Counted from the stretch's first letter, positions 28,630-38,782 are shown. The stretch is DNA of 61,003 nucleotides from Gemmatimonadota bacterium (GCA_039589315.1 JBDHHQ010000025.1:1-61003); one strand, 5' to 3'. Notes: generated by a model from the letters alone, not told the origin. A program made the numbers and translations.

Positions 28630-29243
28630 GCGCCGTCCGGCCTGAACATGCACCAGGCGTGGAGGGCGTCCACGTCCGCCTCGCCGATGATCCGGTAGCC
28701 GAGGGACTCGTAGTAGGCGACGTTCCGGGGATCCTCCGTGCTCAGGCACACACCGTGGGAGAGCGGATCGTCCTTCGACATCTCGGCCACGTGTGCCAGC
28801 AGGGCACGGCCATATCCCCTGCCCTGGCACTCGGGTGAGACTCCGACCATGCCAACGTAATAGTAGGGCCTGTCGGGCTCCGCCCCCGAGCTCAGCTCTT
28901 CGTACCGGTTCATGCGGTCCAGGGCGGCGGTGCCGATGGACTGCTCCAGCCGATGGTACGCCGCTTGCAGATCGACCGGGCGGGGCGTCACCAGGGCTTC
29001 GCTCACGAGGGCGGCGGCAACGACGCGCCCGTCGTCACGAATGCCAAGGACGGGCCACCCCCGCATGTAGCGGGCGTCGCAGAAGAAGCCGATCAGGTCC
29101 CGGAGGTGCGTGTCGTACTCATCGCCGCTGTGCGCCAGGGTGTAACGCATGACCGGGTAGTCCCGGAACGACGCGCAGAGCACGTCGAGGGCGGCGCCCC
29201 GGTCCTCCGGAGTCAGTCGCTCGATGTTCGGATGCCGTGCCAA
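28626..29243 (-). CDS. GNAT family N-acetyltransferase
   Basis: YYYVGMVGVSPECQGRGYG, NVAYYESLGY. TTG start chosen for AGGAG 7 nt upstream; ATG at 29276 is the alternative. Confidence 0.88.
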   Translation of the reverse strand: MARHPNIERLTPEDRGAALDVLCASFRDYPVMRYTLAHSGDEYDTHLRDLIGFFCDARYMRGWPVLGIRDDGRVVAAALVSEALVTPRPVDLQAAYHRLEQSIGTAALDRMNRYEELSSGAEPDRPYYYVGMVGVSPECQGRGYGRALLAHVAEMSKDDPLSHGVCLSTEDPRNVAYYESLGYRIIGEADVDALHAWCMFRPDGA

Positions 29244-29274
29244 CGGACCGCTCCTCTCGGATGGCGTAGGATCC

Positions 29275-29282
29275 ATTATACT
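29275..29282. promoter_or_regulatory. Overlapping -10 hexamers: TATAAT (minus) and TATACT (plus) between divergent genes
   Basis: Sequence attatact at 29275-29282 in a GC-rich background; no clear -35 on either strand. Confidence 0.4.
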
Positions 29283-29460
29283 GCGGCAGAGCCCTGTGGA
29301 GCGCTCGGCGCCGTATTCCTGGTGGCTAGCATCACGAACGCATACACCACCATCAATACCCCCGAGTCCTGTCTGGACCACGAATGGTTTCCGCACGGGC
29401 GTGCAGCCGCTTCATGAACCGCATGCTCCCGCCCATCACTCGTGGCGAGAGGAACGACCG

Positions 29461-30507
29461 ATGAGGATTCTCGTCTACGGCGCCGGCAACATGGGCTGCC
29501 TCTACGCGGCGCTGCTTCAGGAGTCCGGTCAGGACGTCTCCGTTCTGGCCCGCGGGACACGTCTGGCCGACATCCGTGACCATGGGATCAGGCTCCAAGA
29601 CGTGGAGGGGGGTGGGCGAACGACCTCGCGCGTGAACGCGGTCGAACGGTTGGAGCCGGAGGACCGTTACGATCTCGTGTTGGTCATCCTGCCCAAGACC
29701 CACGTCTCGGAGGTGCTGCCGGTCCTCGCAGCCAACCACCATGCGCCCAACGTCATGTTCTTCGGCAACAACGCAGCGGGTCCACGGGAGATGGTCGATG
29801 CGCTGGGGCGCGACCGGGTGCTACTCGGGTTTCCGGGAGCCGCCGCGGTGACCCGGGACCGTGTCATCCGCTACCTGATCACGTCGAAACGGGAACAGCC
29901 GACCACGATCGGCGAGCTCGATGGGGCCCGGTCAGCGCGAATCCAGGCTATCGCGGATGCCCTCGGAACCGCTGGATTCCCGGTGGCGGTCAGCGCGAAC
30001 ATGGACGCGTGGCTGAAGACCCACGTGGCGGAGATCAGCCCCACGGTCAACGCGCTGTACATGGCGGGGGGCGACGCTCGCCGACTGGCCCGCACCCGGG
30101 ACGCACTGGTCCTGATGCTCCGAGCGATTCGAGAGGGCTACTGGGTCCTCTCCGCCCTCGGCATCCCCATCCTACCGGGGAGCCACCGGGTCTTCCGCTG
30201 GCTTCCCGAGCCGCTGCTCCTGGTCGTGATGAGACGAGTGGTCGAGGACGAATCGACCGCAATCAAGATCGGCCACGCCGCGGGAGCGCGGGAGGAGATG
30301 GGCGTGCTGGCCCATGAGTTCCGCGAGCTGACTCGACGGACGGAGGTGCCGACGCCCGCGATCGATGCCCTGGATCGCTATCTCGACCCGCACGCGGAGC
30401 CGATCCCCGACGGAAGCCGCCGGGTCCCGGTCCGCTGGCGCTCCGTCTGGACGACTATGATCCTGCTCACGGTCGTCGGGAGCCTGTGGGCCCTGCTGCA
30501 GCGTTGA
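29461..30507 (+). CDS. Ketopantoate reductase (PanE/ApbA) family protein with C-terminal TM tail
   Basis: MRILVYGAGNMG Rossmann motif, LGFPG, WLKTH; GAGG upstream of ATG. Confidence 0.8.
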   Translation: MRILVYGAGNMGCLYAALLQESGQDVSVLARGTRLADIRDHGIRLQDVEGGGRTTSRVNAVERLEPEDRYDLVLVILPKTHVSEVLPVLAANHHAPNVMFFGNNAAGPREMVDALGRDRVLLGFPGAAAVTRDRVIRYLITSKREQPTTIGELDGARSARIQAIADALGTAGFPVAVSANMDAWLKTHVAEISPTVNALYMAGGDARRLARTRDALVLMLRAIREGYWVLSALGIPILPGSHRVFRWLPEPLLLVVMRRVVEDESTAIKIGHAAGAREEMGVLAHEFRELTRRTEVPTPAIDALDRYLDPHAEPIPDGSRRVPVRWRSVWTTMILLTVVGSLWALLQR

Positions 30508-30565
30508 TCAGACGATGGCCGGTCACCGTGCCCGGTCGTCGCGGCGCCCGGACCACGGTACCACG

Positions 30566-32059
30566 CTACCTGCCAAGCGGGCTCGGCTCCGCCATGATCC
30601 GCTCGATCTCCTCCACCGACGTGGGCGCCATCGCCGACAGGTTCTCGTATCCGTCCTCGGTGACCAGGATCTCCTCTTCGATCATGATGGCGATGCCCTT
30701 TTCCGGGATGTAGATCTTGGGCTCCACTGTGAAGACCATGCCCGGCTCGAGGGCCATCGAGTAGTCCCGACTGTCCAGGGCGTCGAGCCCCACGTGATGG
30801 CCCAGATCGCGTACGCCCGTTCCGCGGGCGCCCGAATAGTCGGTGTGGTCGCCGTCCCGGATGATCCAGTGGGTGGGAGACGGCATCAGCCCCCAGACCC
30901 GATCGGCGCCCATGACCTCGATGTCCTCGTACTCGTGGTAGCCGTGGTCCATGAAGACGCCGGCAGCGGCCCGGATCACGTCTCGCATCATGACCCCCGG
31001 CCGGATCGTCTCCAGAGCGGCGTTCAACGCCTCCAGCACGACGTCGTAGTGCTCTCGCTGCTCTGGTGTGAATCGACCGGACACGGGGAACGTGCGGCAC
31101 AGGTCGGACGTGTACATAGCCCACTCCGCCGCGCCGTAGTCGATGAAGATGAGCTCATCGTCGCTCATGACCCGGTGGACCGGACGGTAGTTCTCCGACC
31201 GCAGCGTGTAGAGGGAAACCGCCGAAGGACCAGACGCCACGATGGGACCAAACGAGTTCCGCGGTGAGCCCTCCCGCCGCCACACGTACTCCATGTAGCC
31301 GGCGAGCTCCAGGTCGTTCATGCCGGGCCGGATCGCCCGCATGGCCTCCACCAGGCTCAGCGCCGAGATGTCGGCCGCCTTCCGCAGCGCGGCGATCTCG
31401 TGCTCGTCCTTGACCAGCCTCATGCGGCGGATCAGCGGGGTGACGTCCTCCAGGCGCGCAACCCCGAGGAGGTCGCCGACCGAAGCTTCGAGCTGTTGGC
31501 GGTATGACAGGGCCCCGCCCATCCCGGGCGGAACGTAGAGAGCTCCACCGTGCGCGGCGAAGTACACGGGGCTCGCGCCCCCGACGAGCCCGGGCAGCCG
31601 CTCGGCGAGCTCGTCCACCGGATAGATATCGGTGATCCCCGTTGCGGCTTCGGCGTCCGGACCCGGCTCGAGCCTCCGGAGCGGCTGGTTCCACGCGGCC
31701 TCCCGAAAGCGCGGGTCCTCGACTGGATACTGGGCACCGGCGAACTGGTAGGTGTCCGGGAGAAACAGCACGTCGCGCCGCGCGCCGTCCGGGCCCGGGG
31801 CGACGACCAGCAGCGCCCAGGGCGACTCGACGCCCGTCAGGTAGAAGAAGTCCGGGTCCTGCTTCAGCGCGCCGCCGTGCCGGATCATGTACTCGCCGGG
31901 CACGATGATCGGGGCGGCCCCCACCTCCTGGAACAACCGGGCCCGCCGGCCCTCGTAGACCTCCGGGAGGAACGCGACGTCACTTTGGGCAAGCGAGCTC
32001 GTCGGGGCCGTGGCCCATGCCAGACCCAGCGCGACGAGGAAGGAAGAGTGGATTCTCAT
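30566..32059 (-). CDS. Secreted M24 family (Xaa-Pro aminopeptidase-like) peptidase
   Basis: Signal peptide; QDPDFFYLTG, RLVKD..EI, IDYG..YTSDLCRTFP, GHHVG, TVEP, IEE. Confidence 0.88.
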   Translation of the reverse strand: MRIHSSFLVALGLAWATAPTSSLAQSDVAFLPEVYEGRRARLFQEVGAAPIIVPGEYMIRHGGALKQDPDFFYLTGVESPWALLVVAPGPDGARRDVLFLPDTYQFAGAQYPVEDPRFREAAWNQPLRRLEPGPDAEAATGITDIYPVDELAERLPGLVGGASPVYFAAHGGALYVPPGMGGALSYRQQLEASVGDLLGVARLEDVTPLIRRMRLVKDEHEIAALRKAADISALSLVEAMRAIRPGMNDLELAGYMEYVWRREGSPRNSFGPIVASGPSAVSLYTLRSENYRPVHRVMSDDELIFIDYGAAEWAMYTSDLCRTFPVSGRFTPEQREHYDVVLEALNAALETIRPGVMMRDVIRAAAGVFMDHGYHEYEDIEVMGADRVWGLMPSPTHWIIRDGDHTDYSGARGTGVRDLGHHVGLDALDSRDYSMALEPGMVFTVEPKIYIPEKGIAIMIEEEILVTEDGYENLSAMAPTSVEEIERIMAEPSPLGR

Positions 32060-32095
32060 GGGGCCTCCGAAACCACGGATGAGAGTCGGCAACGA

Positions 32096-33529
32096 TCAGG
32101 CGCCGTCGCCGGCCACCCCGAAGTACGGCTGGATCGCCTCCTTCGGTGGCGCCGGCGTGATCAGGCTCACGGCGACGAGCAGGACGGCCGACGTGAGGAA
32201 TCCGGGCACCACCGGGTCGATGTTGCCCCAGCCGAACGCCTTCCACAGGAAGGTGGCGGCCACGCCGCCGATCATGGCTGCGGCCGCCCCTTCACGCGTC
32301 GCCCGCCGCCATAGCACTCCCCCCACCACCGGCATGAAGAACGCCGCCGCCATGAGGGCCGTGAACAACAACACGATGAACTGGACGAGCTCGCCCTCCC
32401 CAACGCCGCTCAGCAGCAGCACCACCGGGACGGTTCCCACGATCAGGATGCCCAGGCGATCGACCCACATCCGTCGGCCGGGTGAGGCCTCGGGGTCCAC
32501 CAGCGTCTGGTAAATGTCGTAGGACAGCGCCGACCCGGCGACGATGAGCAGCGAGTCCACGGTGGACATCATGGCGGCCGTGACGGCGGCCAACAAAACG
32601 GCGCCCAATGCCGCCGGCAGCACGGCCCGGGCGATCATGGGCATGGCCAGGTCGCCGGTGGGCAGCGACGGGAACACGATCACCGCGACCAGGGACAGGA
32701 TGAAGACCAGGAGGTTGAGACCAGTGGCCACGACGATGGCCAGCAGGATGCCGCGCCGGATGGTGGGCATGTCCTTCATGGCGTAGAGACGGATCAGCTT
32801 CTCGGGCGTGGCCACCGACCCGAGCAGGAAGCTGAGCGACATGGTGAAGAGCAGGATGGGGGGCAGCGCCCCCCAGGTGAACTCGGCGGGGTTCACGGCC
32901 TGCACATACTCGAACATGGGCCGCACTCCACCCACCTGGCGGATGGCCAACGGCACGGCGACCACCGTACCCACGATCATGATCACCATCTGGACCAGGT
33001 CCGTGTAGACCACGGCGATCATGCCGCCGACGACGGTATAGATCAGAAGGATCGCGGTGAAGCCGATCATCCCCCACCGCGTGGGCACGCCGAACACCGT
33101 GTTGGCGATGAGGCCCCCGGCCACGATCTGGGCCTGGATGTAGACGGTGGTCGCCACGAGGATGATGACGGCGGCGAGCGCCCGGACCTTCTTGCTGTAG
33201 TACCGTGTCTGGATGAACGCCGGAAGCGTGAGCTCCTTCACCCGGGTGAAACGGGGCGCCAACACCGCCGCCACGAACCAGTAGGCCAACGGAATGCTGA
33301 GCACGATCCAACCGAAGGACCAGCCCGCCGTGTACATGACGCCCATCGTGCCGATGAAGGTGCCGGCGCTGGTATGCGTAGCCGCCAGCGTTGCTCCGCC
33401 CAGGAGCCACCCCAGGTTGCCGCCGGCAATCCAGTAGTCCGTCTCGTCGCGGGTCAGTCGCAGCGCCGCCCAGCCGATGGCGAAGACGACGGCGAAGTAG
33501 GTCAGAAAGACGAGGGCCGGAATGCTCAC
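32096..33529 (-). CDS. Sodium:solute symporter (SSS/PutP-like)
   Basis: About 13 TM segments; DYWIAG, SAGTFIG, YTVVGGMIAVVYTD, AAMMSTVDS, LWRRAT.EGA. Confidence 0.93.
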   Translation of the reverse strand: MSIPALVFLTYFAVVFAIGWAALRLTRDETDYWIAGGNLGWLLGGATLAATHTSAGTFIGTMGVMYTAGWSFGWIVLSIPLAYWFVAAVLAPRFTRVKELTLPAFIQTRYYSKKVRALAAVIILVATTVYIQAQIVAGGLIANTVFGVPTRWGMIGFTAILLIYTVVGGMIAVVYTDLVQMVIMIVGTVVAVPLAIRQVGGVRPMFEYVQAVNPAEFTWGALPPILLFTMSLSFLLGSVATPEKLIRLYAMKDMPTIRRGILLAIVVATGLNLLVFILSLVAVIVFPSLPTGDLAMPMIARAVLPAALGAVLLAAVTAAMMSTVDSLLIVAGSALSYDIYQTLVDPEASPGRRMWVDRLGILIVGTVPVVLLLSGVGEGELVQFIVLLFTALMAAAFFMPVVGGVLWRRATREGAAAAMIGGVAATFLWKAFGWGNIDPVVPGFLTSAVLLVAVSLITPAPPKEAIQPYFGVAGDGA

Positions 33530-33566
33530 GCCGCCCACCGTCGTGGACCCCCGGGGTCCGGCGGCG

Positions 33567-33656
33567 TCACCGCTCCACCCACTTCATCCAGGCGACGTAC
33601 GCCGCCACGATCACCCCGGCCACGACGAAGAGCCCCCAGAAGGCGAACCCGGGCAT
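33567..33656 (-). CDS. 29-aa single-TM small protein (putative symporter accessory subunit)
   Basis: MPGFAFWGLFVVAGVIVAAYVAWMKWVER; TGATG coupling to upstream gene with GGAGG RBS; directly upstream of the SSS gene. Confidence 0.65.
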   Translation of the reverse strand: MPGFAFWGLFVVAGVIVAAYVAWMKWVER

Positions 33657-34393
33657 CAGACGGCCTCCCTCAGTCGGCGCCAGCCCACCAACCCCAGAAT
33701 CAGCAGAAGCGCCAGCACACCGCCATCCACCGCCCTGCTCAGGCTCAGCAGCGGGGCCTCCCCGACTCGCCCGCGAACGGTCAGATACGCCGGCAGCACC
33801 GAAAGCTCCAGGTCCCAGAGGCCGCGCTCGCCGTCGGAGTGGGGGCCAGCCAGGGTGGTGGGGAAGGACTCGTGGAGGGTAACCGTATTCGGCACCGCCA
33901 ACCGAGCCGTGAACGTGCCGGGCAGCGGATCTGCCGGAGGCCAATCGACGGCCAGGACCGGCACCAGAGCCTCCACCGCCGCACCGGCCGGGCGCACCGA
34001 TCGCTCTACGGCGTACTCGACGATGAGCGTCAGCGCACCTGTCGGCGGCTCTCCGGGAAAGCGGAGCACGCCCTGCCGTTGAGCGGTCTCGGATGCGGGG
34101 AGATCCACCTCCAGGATCCGTGTGGGCGTGCGGGCCACGATGTCCGTCACTCCCACCGGTCGGGGCACGAGCAAGGTGATCGGGACTTGCGTGACGCCCG
34201 GCGGCACCTGGAGCCGGTAGTCGACCCGGACGCGTGCGGTGGCGTCCATCCCCGCCAGGTCCACGCTCATGGCAGCCCGCCCGAGCGTCCCGGCCGCCGT
34301 CGTCCCAGCAGCGGTCGATTCCTGACCTCCCAGGGGCGAGGAGACGGTCGCCAGTGCCGCACCCACGACGACGGCCCGCCAGGTCCAGGCCAC
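33656..34393 (-). CDS. Hypothetical exported beta-rich protein with C-terminal TM anchor
   Basis: Signal peptide (RAVVVGAALATVSSPLGG), beta-rich core, C-terminal VLALLLILGLVGWRR. Start uncertain (34507 possible). Confidence 0.6.
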   Translation of the reverse strand: MAWTWRAVVVGAALATVSSPLGGQESTAAGTTAAGTLGRAAMSVDLAGMDATARVRVDYRLQVPPGVTQVPITLLVPRPVGVTDIVARTPTRILEVDLPASETAQRQGVLRFPGEPPTGALTLIVEYAVERSVRPAGAAVEALVPVLAVDWPPADPLPGTFTARLAVPNTVTLHESFPTTLAGPHSDGERGLWDLELSVLPAYLTVRGRVGEAPLLSLSRAVDGGVLALLLILGLVGWRRLREAV

Positions 34394-34511
34394 TACGGGC
34401 TCTCCCCTCCCAGACGCCGCCCTGCCGGCTCCGCCCACGGGCCAGGGGTCACGCCTGCCGCCGGGCCGGTCGCTCGGCCCGGGCCCACTGCCGCCGTCGT
34501 GCCGCACCTCG

Positions 34512-35729
34512 CTACTGCCATACGGCTGCCATGATCCGCAAGGCATTGCCACCCATGACTTTGGCGATGTCCTCGTCCGAATAGCCGGCCTTTACGAGCC
34601 ACCGAACGATGTTTTGTGAGCCTTCCGTGGGGTTCTCGATGCCGGCCACGTACTCGACGGGCTCGAACTCCTGACGCTCGCTTCCGCTCCGACCGCGGGA
34701 CTCCTTGATGGAGAGGTTGGGCGCGTAGGTGTTGTGGAGCCCCACGTGGTCGCCGTAGACGGAGTCCGGCCCGAAGCCCACGTGATCGATGCCCACCAGG
34801 TCCTTCACGTACTCGAAGTGTTCCATGTACGCCTCGAGGTCGTGAACCCGTCGGTTGTAGGTGAGGGTGGTGTGAGGTGCCGCCTCGATGCCGATCACGC
34901 CGCCCTTGCGGGCGCACGCCACGAGCACCTCGTCCGGCGCCAGGCGGTTGGATTCCCACAAGGCCCGTGCCCCGATGTGGCTCAGCAAGATCGGGGCTTC
35001 GCTCACCTCGATCACGTCCAGGGTGGTCTGGTCGCCACAGTGGGAGCAGTCGATGAGCATGCCGACCTTGTTCATGCGCTCCACCGCTCGCCGGCCGAAC
35101 ATGGTCAGCCCGCCGTCCCGGGGCTCCTTGAGCCCGGAACCCAGCGCGTTGCCCTCGCTGTACGTGATCCCCAGCGCACGGACCCCGAAGCCGTAGAGGA
35201 TCTCGATGCGGTCCACCTCGTTCTCGATCATGGCCGCACCCTCCATGGAGGCTATCCACGCCAGGCGGCCTTCGTCGTGGGCCCGCCGGATGTCGCCGAC
35301 TCCGGTGCAGTGAGTGACGAAGTCCTGGTGCGCGAGGTCACACAACCGCATGCCCAGGTCGTGGAGCACCTCTGTCCACTTCCAACCGCCCCTGGACTCG
35401 ATGGTGCAGATCCCGTCCATCAGGTTGTCGAACACCGCGTCCCACCACGAATGGGCCAGCCCCTGGAAAGCCGTGAACATGCGGCCCTCGCGCACGTAGT
35501 GCGGCGTCTCGGAGACGTCCGCCGGGAAGGTCCCAAGGTGCTCGTGGAGGGAGATCCAGATATTGTCCCGTACCAGGCTCTCCACCCTGGCTTCGTCGGC
35601 GTCGGAGAGCGGCACCAGGTACGGGTCGACCCGACCCACCTCCGAGGCAAGCTCGAACTCCCGGTAGTCGCTACCGGGCTCGAGGTACTCGAAGGACCGA
35701 TATCCGGAGTATCTCTTCTTGATCGTCAT
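34512..35729 (-). CDS. Membrane dipeptidase (M19) family
   Basis: SLHEH, SMEG, DGGLT.FG, IDCSH, LLSH, GGVIG, GIDHVGFGPD, MGGN; GAGGAG RBS. Confidence 0.92.
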   Translation of the reverse strand: MTIKKRYSGYRSFEYLEPGSDYREFELASEVGRVDPYLVPLSDADEARVESLVRDNIWISLHEHLGTFPADVSETPHYVREGRMFTAFQGLAHSWWDAVFDNLMDGICTIESRGGWKWTEVLHDLGMRLCDLAHQDFVTHCTGVGDIRRAHDEGRLAWIASMEGAAMIENEVDRIEILYGFGVRALGITYSEGNALGSGLKEPRDGGLTMFGRRAVERMNKVGMLIDCSHCGDQTTLDVIEVSEAPILLSHIGARALWESNRLAPDEVLVACARKGGVIGIEAAPHTTLTYNRRVHDLEAYMEHFEYVKDLVGIDHVGFGPDSVYGDHVGLHNTYAPNLSIKESRGRSGSERQEFEPVEYVAGIENPTEGSQNIVRWLVKAGYSDEDIAKVMGGNALRIMAAVWQ

Positions 35730-35870
35730 GGAGCTCCTCGGTGGAACGGTCGTTTCCCCGGGGTGGGGCAACCAGGAGGAACCAAAGGGCGCACACGGAC
35801 GCGCCGGGTCAAGAAGGGAGACGGCACCAGGGCTATGGGGCTGGGCCCGGGGGGAGGATCTCGCGGGGGC

Positions 35871-37820
35871 TCAGACCGGGGGGCCGGGCCGCTGCCGGCT
35901 ACCGGAGAGTGGTGCGGGTTTGCTCCGGATCCGGCGCGCCAGCTCCCGGAAGCGGGGATCGTCCCGATAGGCGTCCCAGACGGGATCGGTGCGCATGGCC
36001 ATCAGGCCGGGATCCCCGATCTGCACGGCCCGGTCCAGCCATTCGTAGGCCAGCTCCCTCTCGCCCAACGCCGCGTAGGTCGTAGCCATGTCGGCAGGCC
36101 CCACGGGCTTGCCCTCGGCGAGGCGACTCTCCAGATCGGCCCGGCACCACTCCCAGTAGCCCATCTCGCCATCGGTGTCGAAGGCGTGGGCGAGAGACGC
36201 CAGCCCCGCGTCGTCCCGTCCCTCCAGCTCGGCCATGCGGGCGAGGCGCACGTCGACGCCGGCCTCGAAGTCGCCGCGGGCCGTGTGGGCCCGTTCGAGG
36301 GCGGACCACGCCGGAGCCAGGTGGGGCATCTCCGCCACCACGCTCTCCAGCACGTCCACGGCCTCCTCGGTGTGTCCCGAGGCGAGCAACACGTGAGCGA
36401 TCTCCACCTGACGGGCCCTTGGAATACGCCCCATGCCCATGGCCTTCTGGAGGATGGGGATCATGGCCGCCTCGCCTCCCATTCCCGTGAGCTCGGCGAC
36501 CCAGGCTTCTCGCCGCTCCTGGGTGAGGCTGTCCGCCTGAACGCGCAGTCTGATCTCATGGGCCCGAGCCACGCGCTCGGTCTCGGGCGTGCTCGGCGTC
36601 GGGCGCACACCGGGCGTCCCCGTGACGCCCGGCGCGGGCATCGCCTCGTCCGGCGGCGCCGGCACGATGGCGCTCAGCACCGCCATTGCCTCGGGAGACT
36701 CCGCGTCCAGCTCGAGGGCCCGGGCCGCCGCGTCTTCCGCCAAGGTCAAGTCGACCTGGGCGACACCCGGCATGTCGCCCAGCAGGATGAGGGTGCTGCT
36801 CAAGGCGGCGAACGCGGGCGCGAAGGCCGAATCCATCTCGATGGCCGCCTCGAAGTGCTGCGCCGCCTGCTGCAACGACTCGGGCGTGCCCCGGGACTGT
36901 TGGAAACGCCCCTTCATGTACTCGTCTCGGACGGCCGGGTCGAGATCGGCGAGCATGAAGGTGGCGCCGGTGGGCTCGAGATTGAGCTCCTGGAGGACCT
37001 CGGCGGTGATGTCCGAGGCCACCTCCCGCTGCAGGGCGATGATGTCGGAGAGCTCCTCCTCGTAGCTCTCCGACCAGAGGTGGGTGTCCGATGGCGCATG
37101 GATGAGCTGGACGGTGATGCGGACCCGGTCTCCCGCCCGCAGCACGGAACCTTCGACGATGCCATCGACGCGCAGGTCCCGGGCGATCTGAGGCATGGTC
37201 TTGGACGTCCGCTCGTACTGCATGACGGTCGTCCGCGACACGAGCCGGACCCCGTCCAGCTGGCTCAGGGCCGACACCAGCGCTTCGTGCATTCCCGCCA
37301 CGAAGTACGCCTGGTCCCGCTCCTCGGAGAAATCGTCGAGCGGGAGTACCGCCAGAGAAGTGATGGGCGTGCCGGGCTCGTAGGCCGCAGGGACCAACTC
37401 CGGCGGAGCGCCGCTCCCCGGGGAGCCCGCCGCTTGCCCGCCCGGCACTCCCGTCACCGTGCTCTCCAGGAACCACCATCCCCCGCCCACCGCCACCAGG
37501 ATCGTGATCGCCACGAAAGCCAGCCGCGGAAGCAGCCTCACCTCGGGCCGGCCGGAGAACGCGCCGTCCGGGGTGCGCTCGATCCCGTGCCGGGTGATGT
37601 CGTAGATCCACGCCAGCGCCAGGGCCACCGGGAACCCCAAGAAGGCGAAGACCACGACCACCCGGAGACCCCACTCGGGCAGGTCGAACGCCGGGAGCAC
37701 GATCTCGGCCGCCTGGAGGACCACGAAGGCCACGGCCGCGTAGGCCAGGGCCACACGGCCCACGTGCCGGCGTCGCAGCTCGGCGACGAAGCGGCCCCAG
37801 ATTGTCGATCCTTGGGTCAT
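35871..37820 (-). CDS. Membrane-anchored TolB-like/TPR protein
   Basis: ELRRRHVGRV...LQAAE...LPEW TM hairpin, third TM, SLAVLPL...AGMHEAL, VEGSV, TPRs, DP.WD.YR.DPRF ending. Confidence 0.85.
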   Translation of the reverse strand: MTQGSTIWGRFVAELRRRHVGRVALAYAAVAFVVLQAAEIVLPAFDLPEWGLRVVVVFAFLGFPVALALAWIYDITRHGIERTPDGAFSGRPEVRLLPRLAFVAITILVAVGGGWWFLESTVTGVPGGQAAGSPGSGAPPELVPAAYEPGTPITSLAVLPLDDFSEERDQAYFVAGMHEALVSALSQLDGVRLVSRTTVMQYERTSKTMPQIARDLRVDGIVEGSVLRAGDRVRITVQLIHAPSDTHLWSESYEEELSDIIALQREVASDITAEVLQELNLEPTGATFMLADLDPAVRDEYMKGRFQQSRGTPESLQQAAQHFEAAIEMDSAFAPAFAALSSTLILLGDMPGVAQVDLTLAEDAAARALELDAESPEAMAVLSAIVPAPPDEAMPAPGVTGTPGVRPTPSTPETERVARAHEIRLRVQADSLTQERREAWVAELTGMGGEAAMIPILQKAMGMGRIPRARQVEIAHVLLASGHTEEAVDVLESVVAEMPHLAPAWSALERAHTARGDFEAGVDVRLARMAELEGRDDAGLASLAHAFDTDGEMGYWEWCRADLESRLAEGKPVGPADMATTYAALGERELAYEWLDRAVQIGDPGLMAMRTDPVWDAYRDDPRFRELARRIRSKPAPLSGSRQRPGPPV

Positions 37821-38010
37821 CTTCTCTCGAGGTCTCGCGGCTCCCGGCGGCCGCTGTCCAAAAGTGGATCCCCGGAGGATCTGGATCAACCAGCCCGCCG
37901 TCATTCCGCGCCGAGCGGCGACGTGACCGCCTGTCACGGGGTCCAGGATCCCGGCCCCGTGGATCCGGCTGCGTCCCTGCCTCATGGCCAGGACGGCACT
38001 CCTCCTGCGA

Positions 38011-38040
38011 TTGACAGGTTGCCCGATCCTGGCGTTAACT
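38011..38040 (+). promoter_or_regulatory. Possible sigma70 promoter upstream of the alkA-like gene
   Basis: Perfect TTGACA at 38011-38016, 18 nt spacer, weak TTAACT. Confidence 0.3.
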
Positions 38041-38149
38041 CGAATGGCGTCCGGCGTCGATCCGGCGGTGCCGCCGTTGCTGGAGTGACGGCGCCACCGA
38101 GCCGCATGGATGCCCGCGCATTCTTCCGGCCGGCCACCTCGGAGCCTCA

Positions 38150-38782
38150 GTGACCCGCAATCACCCTGACCCCCATGAGATCGATCGGCTCCGGCGGGGA
38201 GACCCCCTCCTGGCGGCCGCCATGGATCGGACCCCACCCTTCCCGGGCTTCCCCGACCACGCGCGGCGGGGCTCCCACTTCCACGCTCTCGCTCGTGCGA
38301 TCATCTATCAGCAGCTGGCCGGTAGCGCCGCCGCCGCCATCTACCGACGAGTCAGGGCGCTCACCCCGGGACCTGGGTTCCCCCGTCCCCAGGAGTGCCT
38401 GACCCTTACGGATCAGGCGTTCAGGACGGCAGGTCTCTCGCGCAACAAGACGCGCGCCCTGAAGGACCTCGCGGGGCGGGTCGCCAGCGGGGACGTGCGG
38501 CTCCGGTCCATCGCACGCAGATCCGACCAGGAGGTGATCGACCAGCTCACCAGGGTCTGGGGAATCGGGGCGTGGAGCGCGCAGATCTTCCTGATGTTCC
38601 GCCTCGGGCGCTTGGACGTGATGCCGGCCACGGACCTGGGCATCCGCGAAGGACTCAGGCGACTCGATCGGCTCGACGACCGCCCCGACCCCGAGGTGGT
38701 GCTGGAGCGGGCCGAGGCATGGCGACCGCTGCGGAGCGTGGCAGCGTGGGTGTTGTGGAGACTGCTCGACGCAGAGGGCTGA
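38150..38782 (+). CDS. alkA: DNA-3-methyladenine glycosylase II (AlkA/HhH-GPD)
   Basis: AIIYQQLAG, GLSRNK, HhH VWGIGAWSA, DVMPATDLG, WRPLRS. Confidence 0.88.
   Translation: MTRNHPDPHEIDRLRRGDPLLAAAMDRTPPFPGFPDHARRGSHFHALARAIIYQQLAGSAAAAIYRRVRALTPGPGFPRPQECLTLTDQAFRTAGLSRNKTRALKDLAGRVASGDVRLRSIARRSDQEVIDQLTRVWGIGAWSAQIFLMFRLGRLDVMPATDLGIREGLRRLDRLDDRPDPEVVLERAEAWRPLRSVAAWVLWRLLDAEG

Noticed and set aside
34734..38153. 1139-aa plus-strand ORF
   Set aside because: Antisense shadow of the dipeptidase and TPR genes; no motifs; expected in high-GC DNA.
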